From NCBI GenBank assembly GCA_043718025.1, contig JAYSWN010000092.1, positions 1 through 31,353 on the forward strand: 31,353 nucleotides of DNA, read 5' to 3'. Shown here one piece after another: positions 26,325 through 31,353 of this stretch (the stretch's first letter is position 1; each line of letters begins with the position of its first letter). Both the position numbers and the translations under genes were made by a program. The stretch comes from Pseudomonadota bacterium (GTDB taxonomy: Bacteria > Bdellovibrionota > FAC87 > UBA2466). A model generated the notes under the pieces. It ran no database searches and was not told the DNA's origin. It saw only the letters and a program-made list of their open reading frames with translations.

Positions 26325-28670
26325 CTATTGGCAGGCTTCGCAACTTTCTGGGTTCTCAAGTGAGCACGCAATGGCCTCTTCGCTGGTAATCGAAGGCGCC
26401 GTTTCAGCGGTGGCCACTGGGCCCGACACCGTGGTCTTGCCAATGGAAGTCTTGGCGCGCGACCGCAGGTAGTAGGTGGTCTTAATTCCCTGCTTCCAGG
26501 CGTACATATACATGGAAGAGAGTTTTCCTAACGTCGGGTTCTCTTGGAAAAGATTAAGCGATTGTGACTGACAAATAAAGGTCGACCGCATTGCCGCCAT
26601 ATCGATCATCGATTTTTGCGGGATCTCCCAAACGGTCTTGTATAGAGCTTTGATTTCAGGAGAGAGCTCAGCAATATTCTGAATCGAACCTTCTGACTCA
26701 ATAATCTTGGTACGCATCGCCGGGCTCCACGCTCCGAGCTGCTTCAAGTCGTTAATCAAATAACGATTGATCTGCAGGAACTCTCCCGAAAGTGTTTCAC
26801 GCTTAAAATAGTTGGATAGCTGCGGTTCGATGCTTTCAAAACAGCCGCTTATGCTTGCGATGGTGGCCGTAGGCGCAATGGCGATAAGCAAGCTATTACG
26901 CAAACCGTTTTGCTTGACCTGCATTGCCATGGCATCCCAATCGTAATGCAGCTCAGGCATCATGCCGTTCTCGTTCTGCACCAACTGCACTTGTAACTGG
27001 CCATCCGCATAACGCGATTCACTGAAATGAGGGAACGCACCCTCCTCTTTTGCCAGTCGCATGCTGGTGGTAAGCGCCTGGTAATAAATCTCCTCCGCAA
27101 TGCGCGAAGAAAGGGCCTGAGCCTTTTCGGAGTCAAACGGCAGGCGCATTTTAAACAGCGTATCTTGTAAGCCCATCACGCCCAAGCCAACCGGCCGCCA
27201 CTTCTTATTAGAATTCTCAGCTTCACGAATCGGGTAGTAGTTAATGTCGATAACCCGGTCCAAGAACATTACGGCCTTATCGACCACGGTACGCAATTTA
27301 TCAAAATTAAAGTCGCCGCCCCCTTCAACAAAATTGCCAAGGTTCAAGCTGCCCAAGTTGCAAACCGCCACCTCTTCCGAATTGGTTACCTCTAAAATTT
27401 CGGTACACAAATTGGAGCTGTGAATTACGTTGCCCGGTTTAGCCGTCTGCGCCGAACGTAGGTTGGCGCGATCTTTAAAACAGATCCAGCCGTTGCCGGT
27501 TTCTGCTAAGGTTTGCATCATCCTGGCGTATAGCGCGCGTGCCGAAACTTTTTTGCGCCCTTTTCCATCGGCTTCTGCCTGTGTGTATAGCGCCTCGAAC
27601 TCCAGGCCAAAGGAATCGTTCAGCTTTGGCTGGTCCTTTGGCGAAAACAGCGTCCACTCCGCATCCGCATCGACGCGTTTCATAAACAGATCAGGAATCC
27701 ACAACGCCAGGTTCAGGTTATGGGTGCGGCGCTCTTCGGCGCCGGTGTTATTGCGCAGCTCAAGAAAGGTTTCGATATCCGAGTGCCAAGGTTCTAAATA
27801 AACTGCCGCGGCCCCTTTACGTTTTCCGCCCTGGTTCACCGCATGAACTGAGGAGTCGTAAACCTTTAAGAAAGGCACGATGCCGTTAGACAAACCGTTG
27901 GTGCCACGAATCAAAGTTCCCGATGAGCGAACTGGAGTCCACGAGATGCCTAATCCACCTGACCACTTAGATAACTGAGCGGAGTCGGTGATTGATTTGT
28001 AAATTCCTTCGAGACTGTCCTCGGACACCGTCAAAAGATAGCAGCTACTCATTTGCGGATGACGCGTGCCAGAGTTGAAAAGGGTTGGCGTGGCGGGCAT
28101 GTAAAGAAATTGACTGATGTTGTCGTAAAACTCGATTGCCTCGGCAATGTTACGAGAAAGCCCGAGGGCAACGCGCATGAACATCCACTGTGGGCGCTCG
28201 ATCAGCTTGCGGGTTTGGGGGTGGCGCAACAAGTACCGATCTACCACCGTCTTTAAACCAAAATATTCAAAAAGATCATCACGTTCATGGCGAATCGCGA
28301 ATTCAATGGTTTGAATGTCGGTCTGCGCTAGCGACACTAAACTCTCGGCTACGACGCCAAGTTCTCCAGCTTTCTTAATGTAATCGCGGAACGCGGAATC
28401 ACGCCCTACCTCTTTGCGGATGTTTTCAGAGAGCATGCGCGCCGCAACTTTTGAGTAGTTGGGCTCGTCGACCATCAGCATCACGGCGGTGGCGATCGAT
28501 AAGTTATCTAATTCTTCGGTGGTGCTGCCTTCGTGCAGCCCGGCAATCGTGCGCTTGGCAATTTCCAAACCTTCTACATCGGCAATGCCACGACAGGCTC
28601 GATTCACCGCGTGAAGAATCTTTTCAATTTTTACTTCTTCGCGTGTTCCGTCGCGTTTAATTACGTGCAT
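26325..28670 (-). CDS. nrdA: Class Ia ribonucleotide reductase alpha subunit with N-terminal ATP cone
   Basis: VIKRDG ATP cone, PATPTLFNSG, QMSSC, SSNLCTEI, VCNLGS, APTATIA, TTYYLR, and C-terminal CEAC. Confidence 0.98.
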   Translation of the reverse strand: MHVIKRDGTREEVKIEKILHAVNRACRGIADVEGLEIAKRTIAGLHEGSTTEELDNLSIATAVMLMVDEPNYSKVAARMLSENIRKEVGRDSAFRDYIKKAGELGVVAESLVSLAQTDIQTIEFAIRHERDDLFEYFGLKTVVDRYLLRHPQTRKLIERPQWMFMRVALGLSRNIAEAIEFYDNISQFLYMPATPTLFNSGTRHPQMSSCYLLTVSEDSLEGIYKSITDSAQLSKWSGGLGISWTPVRSSGTLIRGTNGLSNGIVPFLKVYDSSVHAVNQGGKRKGAAAVYLEPWHSDIETFLELRNNTGAEERRTHNLNLALWIPDLFMKRVDADAEWTLFSPKDQPKLNDSFGLEFEALYTQAEADGKGRKKVSARALYARMMQTLAETGNGWICFKDRANLRSAQTAKPGNVIHSSNLCTEILEVTNSEEVAVCNLGSLNLGNFVEGGGDFNFDKLRTVVDKAVMFLDRVIDINYYPIREAENSNKKWRPVGLGVMGLQDTLFKMRLPFDSEKAQALSSRIAEEIYYQALTTSMRLAKEEGAFPHFSESRYADGQLQVQLVQNENGMMPELHYDWDAMAMQVKQNGLRNSLLIAIAPTATIASISGCFESIEPQLSNYFKRETLSGEFLQINRYLINDLKQLGAWSPAMRTKIIESEGSIQNIAELSPEIKALYKTVWEIPQKSMIDMAAMRSTFICQSQSLNLFQENPTLGKLSSMYMYAWKQGIKTTYYLRSRAKTSIGKTTVSGPVATAETAPSITSEEAIACSLENPESCEACQ

Positions 28671-28988
28671 GGCCTAGTTACCTCGTCAGCTTTTGGGAAA
28701 AAGACGCCCTCTTGCGTGTCGCTTTGCGACAACAAGGGTGGGTCATTCTTCCCCATTCTTGTTAACTTCTATGTTGCGGTGTGGATACGTGCCGAATTTG
28801 CGATACAAAGCGCCAGAAGCCTCATCCCACTGCCCTAACCAATTCTTATTGTAGAAGGTATCGCTCCATCCAAAATGTCGTCAATAAGGATTGGAAATTT
28901 TAAATCGTGATGAAGATTCTAATCGCGAAGTTGGCAATAAAAAAATTTTAAACCCTGCGTCGTATCGTCGATAAAAAGCCTTCTGTCG

Positions 28989-29360
28989 TCAGCCCACCAT
29001 TGACCCACCCATTTGCCCACCACCGAGCAAATGCAAATGCAAATGAAAGATCGTTTGGCACGCATGATCACCACTATTGAACACCGTTCGAAACCCCGAT
29101 CCGGCAATTCCCAACTGCGCCGAAATTAACTGCGCAGCTTGAAAAAGATCGGCAAAAACGGACAGTTCATTCGTAGGTACGTCTAAAACATCCACCACAT
29201 GTTTCTTCGGTACGATCAGTATGTGCACTGGCGCTTGAGGACTGATGTCATGAAAAGCGAAAACTCGATCGTTCTCGAAGGCTTTCTTCGAAGGCAATGT
29301 CCCCTGCACTATTTTGCAGAAAATACATTCTTTGCCCTTAAGTCTTGCTTCGTTTGCCAA
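28989..29360 (-). CDS. hinT: Histidine triad nucleotide-binding protein (HINT)
   Basis: CIFCKI, DISPQAPVHILIVPKKH, QTIFHLHLHLLGG. TTG start with GAGG RBS. Confidence 0.95.
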   Translation of the reverse strand: MANEARLKGKECIFCKIVQGTLPSKKAFENDRVFAFHDISPQAPVHILIVPKKHVVDVLDVPTNELSVFADLFQAAQLISAQLGIAGSGFRTVFNSGDHACQTIFHLHLHLLGGGQMGGSMVG

Positions 29361-29407
29361 TCAATCCTCTTTGCTTTCGGATGCCGATTATTGATAACGT
29401 AGCGCTC

Positions 29408-29998
29408 ATGGCTTGGGAAACGGATCTTTCGGCGACGCTTAAAAATCTACCGCCACCGGTAACCGGCCACCACGAAGGCTCTGCGAAGAGTGCCGTGCTG
29501 GTTCCCATTGCTTTCAATCCAGAAAAACAACGTCTTGAAATTATTCTCACCAAACGCTCCATGTTAGTCGAATCTCACAAAGGACAAATTAGTTTTCCGG
29601 GCGGCTACCTTGAGCCCCACGATGAAACTGAATTGCAGGCGGCCATTCGTGAAGCGCACGAAGAGATAGGCCTTCACCCCGACGCGGTTCAGATCTTAGG
29701 CGCGCTAAGCCCGGTAGTGACGCGCTTTTCGGTTACCATATTTCCTTGGGTAGGCAGACTCGAGCTGCCGTATCCGTTTCAGCTAAGCCATGGCGAGGTC
29801 GAAAAGATGGTTTTTCTTTCAGTCGACGACCTGCTGAATCGGGGGCTCACCGAAGTGCAAATAGATTTGGACAGTATTTCGGTAAAAAGCATCGGCATAT
29901 GGGCAGAGGGCGAGCTGGTTTGGGGCGCTACGGCCAAAATATTGGAACAGCTAAGGGAAGTGCTTCTTACTTCGGTCGGCGCTCAAAAAAAGGGCTAG
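29408..29998 (+). CDS. Nudix hydrolase, CoA pyrophosphatase (NudL-like)
   Basis: SAVLV, LTKRS..HKGQISFPGG, AIREAHEEIGL, WGATA. Confidence 0.93.
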   Translation: MAWETDLSATLKNLPPPVTGHHEGSAKSAVLVPIAFNPEKQRLEIILTKRSMLVESHKGQISFPGGYLEPHDETELQAAIREAHEEIGLHPDAVQILGALSPVVTRFSVTIFPWVGRLELPYPFQLSHGEVEKMVFLSVDDLLNRGLTEVQIDLDSISVKSIGIWAEGELVWGATAKILEQLREVLLTSVGAQKKG

Positions 29999-30576
29999 AG
30001 CGCGCGTTTTTTTTTACCCACGAAAAAAATTTCGCGGCTGTGCTTACGCACAGAATCGGGGCGAATGATGCGTGAACTCTCAAAAAGAGCTTTCACGTCG
30101 CGGTGATACTCTTCGAATGAATCCCCCATAAAGAGTTTAGCCACGAAACTACCACCGGTTTTTAAGTGTGCGCGCGCTACCTGTAACGCCATCGACGCCA
30201 ACTCAAAGGAGAGGGCCACGTCGCGATCGGGAATTCCCGAAGTATTTGGCGCCATGTCTGAAATCACCAGATCGGCCAGTTGGCCTCCCATGGCCTCGGT
30301 AAAGTTGAATTCGTTAATGTCGGCCTGAATGGCGGTAAGCCGCTTATCCTTTACCTTGATGGGCGACAGGTCGATCGCAAGGATTTGGCAGTCGGGAATC
30401 TTTTTCAGGCAGTATTGCGTCCATGAACCAGGGGCGGCGCCCAGGTCGATAACTCGCCGAACCCCTTTTAAGATGGGTTCACGGCGATCGATCTCTTCTA
30501 ACTTGTAGACCGAGCGGGCGGCAAAATTCTCTTTTCGGGCCTTCTTTGTAAAAGGGTCATCATTCCAACCGCGCAT
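29995..30576 (-). CDS. rlmE: 23S rRNA Um2552 methyltransferase RlmE/FtsJ
   Basis: ARSVYKL, DLGAAPGSW, SDMAPN, FVAK, SREIF, containing the K-D-K-E tetrad. Confidence 0.96.
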   Translation of the reverse strand: MRGWNDDPFTKKARKENFAARSVYKLEEIDRREPILKGVRRVIDLGAAPGSWTQYCLKKIPDCQILAIDLSPIKVKDKRLTAIQADINEFNFTEAMGGQLADLVISDMAPNTSGIPDRDVALSFELASMALQVARAHLKTGGSFVAKLFMGDSFEEYHRDVKALFESSRIIRPDSVRKHSREIFFVGKKKRAL

Positions 30577-30716
30577 TATCGTTTCCTATTTTCAAGTTTC
30601 CCGGCTTTTCTTAGTCGGGGTTGAGAAGGAAATTCACAATTGGCGGTCTGAAAAAGGCGCGGAGTGTGGGTGGCGTTGGATAAGGCGGTTTTCACGCTTA
30701 GGGTGGTTAGCACGAA

Positions 30717-30757
30717 AATGAGAAAGGAGGAAGGTCCCCAACCGGGCCCTTCCTCCT
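30717..30757 (-). terminator. Intrinsic terminator after the secreted-protein gene
   Basis: The minus strand reads AGGAGGAAGG-GCCCGGTTGGGGA-CCTTCCTCCT followed by TTCTCATTTT. It begins 17 nt after the stop codon. Confidence 0.75.
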
Positions 30758-30774
30758 CCCTTAGGCGTCCCCAA

Positions 30775-31290
30775 TTACGGGTTAACCTTTTGGATAGTAT
30801 TGATCAGTTCAGGATGTCCGCCGTAGGTAGCGGCCTCGAACTTACCTTGAAGTTTAAGAATCCACGGAAACTTGAAGCGGAGCCGTCGGTTATTGGAGTG
30901 ATCGGCGACCTGAATGGTGCGATCCACGTGACCAGGCCCCGGGGCAATAATTCCCGTGATCAAAACCGGAGTGTTATTGGCGGTATAAAGCACACTGCCG
31001 TCTTTGGTTCTAAAAACCTTGGTGACATGAAACTTGCTGGTCTTATGACTTGGGCAAGGTGTCGTAATGCAACGGAGGCCCGTGTCTTCGACAAGTAAGA
31101 AACTGGCTGCGTCGATTGATCTGTCGCGGCGGTTTATTGTTAGCTCAGTTGGCCGAGGGTAGCGTCCGTCCCCTTCAATTTGCTCTAACCGAACTTTGGC
31201 ATAAGGCCGTTCCCCAATCGGGCGGATCCCGCCGAACGCGGAAGAGGTGATAAGTGCTAGTGCTGCGATTCCCATTAACTTTGATTTCAT
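30775..31290 (-). CDS. Small secreted hypothetical protein with a CITTPCP motif
   Basis: Signal peptide MKSKLMGIAALALITSSAFG. ATG 31290 has GGAG 6 nt upstream. Flanked by its own promoter and terminator. Confidence 0.88.
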   Translation of the reverse strand: MKSKLMGIAALALITSSAFGGIRPIGERPYAKVRLEQIEGDGRYPRPTELTINRRDRSIDAASFLLVEDTGLRCITTPCPSHKTSKFHVTKVFRTKDGSVLYTANNTPVLITGIIAPGPGHVDRTIQVADHSNNRRLRFKFPWILKLQGKFEAATYGGHPELINTIQKVNP

Positions 31291-31327
31291 TTTCTTCTCC
31301 ATTTAATCAAACTCGACAGAGCCAATG

Positions 31328-31344
31328 AGCAACTAGCGTGCCAG
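31328..31344 (-). promoter_or_regulatory. Sigma54 (RpoN) -24/-12 promoter
   Basis: The minus strand reads CTGGCACGCTAGTTGCT, an exact match to YTGGCACG-N4-TTGCW, 37 nt upstream of the start codon. Confidence 0.88.
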
Positions 31345-31353
31345 CGTGTTTAG

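Noticed and set aside
26306..26443. N-terminal extension of NrdB in the ORF track
   Set aside because: It overlaps the nrdA 3' end in another frame. ATG 26305 has an RBS and matches the family start.
28745..28780. NrdR boxes or a cobalamin riboswitch upstream of nrdA
   Set aside because: Only half-site matches about 15 nt apart, and no recognisable B12 box.
30582..30633. Long imperfect hairpin upstream of rlmE
   Set aside because: It relies on G-U pairs on the plus strand, antisense to rlmE, with several bulges. No promoter or terminator supports a transcript.
30664..31098. 144-aa plus-strand ORF, and the many other short ORFs overlapping called genes
   Set aside because: These are antisense or alternate-frame shadows of well-supported genes with no motifs. 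This one also runs through a terminator hairpin.

Overview
A bacterial chromosomal window of mostly housekeeping genes. Gene content and order suggest a deltaproteobacteria-like or Bdellovibrionota-like organism, which is an inference only. From left to right: murG (truncated by the window edge) and ftsW, detached from the usual dcw cluster, then an NtrC-type sigma54 activator with a CHASE2-like histidine kinase, a zinc-ribbon protein, a GT87-like glycosyltransferase and a CAU tRNA (probably Ile2). Next is a rpsU-yqeY-dnaG-rpoD macromolecular synthesis locus interrupted twice by opposite-strand genes for exported proteins, one kinase-like and one with a curlin-like QxGxxN repeat. Then come queA, an MDR dehydrogenase/LysR pair, a divergent SpoIID/amidase pair, rph-rdgB-tRNA-Phe, a TylF methyltransferase, an ArnT-like GT-C gene split at a G7 tract, a UbiA prenyltransferase coupled to nrdAB, HIT, Nudix and rlmE. 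The window ends with a small secreted protein that has a consensus sigma54 promoter and a terminator. I saw no mobile element, CRISPR array or defence system, and no complete novel multi-gene system can be claimed. The best leads are the interrupted (possibly non-contiguous) MMS operon with its secreted cargo, a possible sigma54 promoter for rpoD, the G7 frameshift in the glycosyltransferase, and the symmetric promoter between SpoIID and the amidase.
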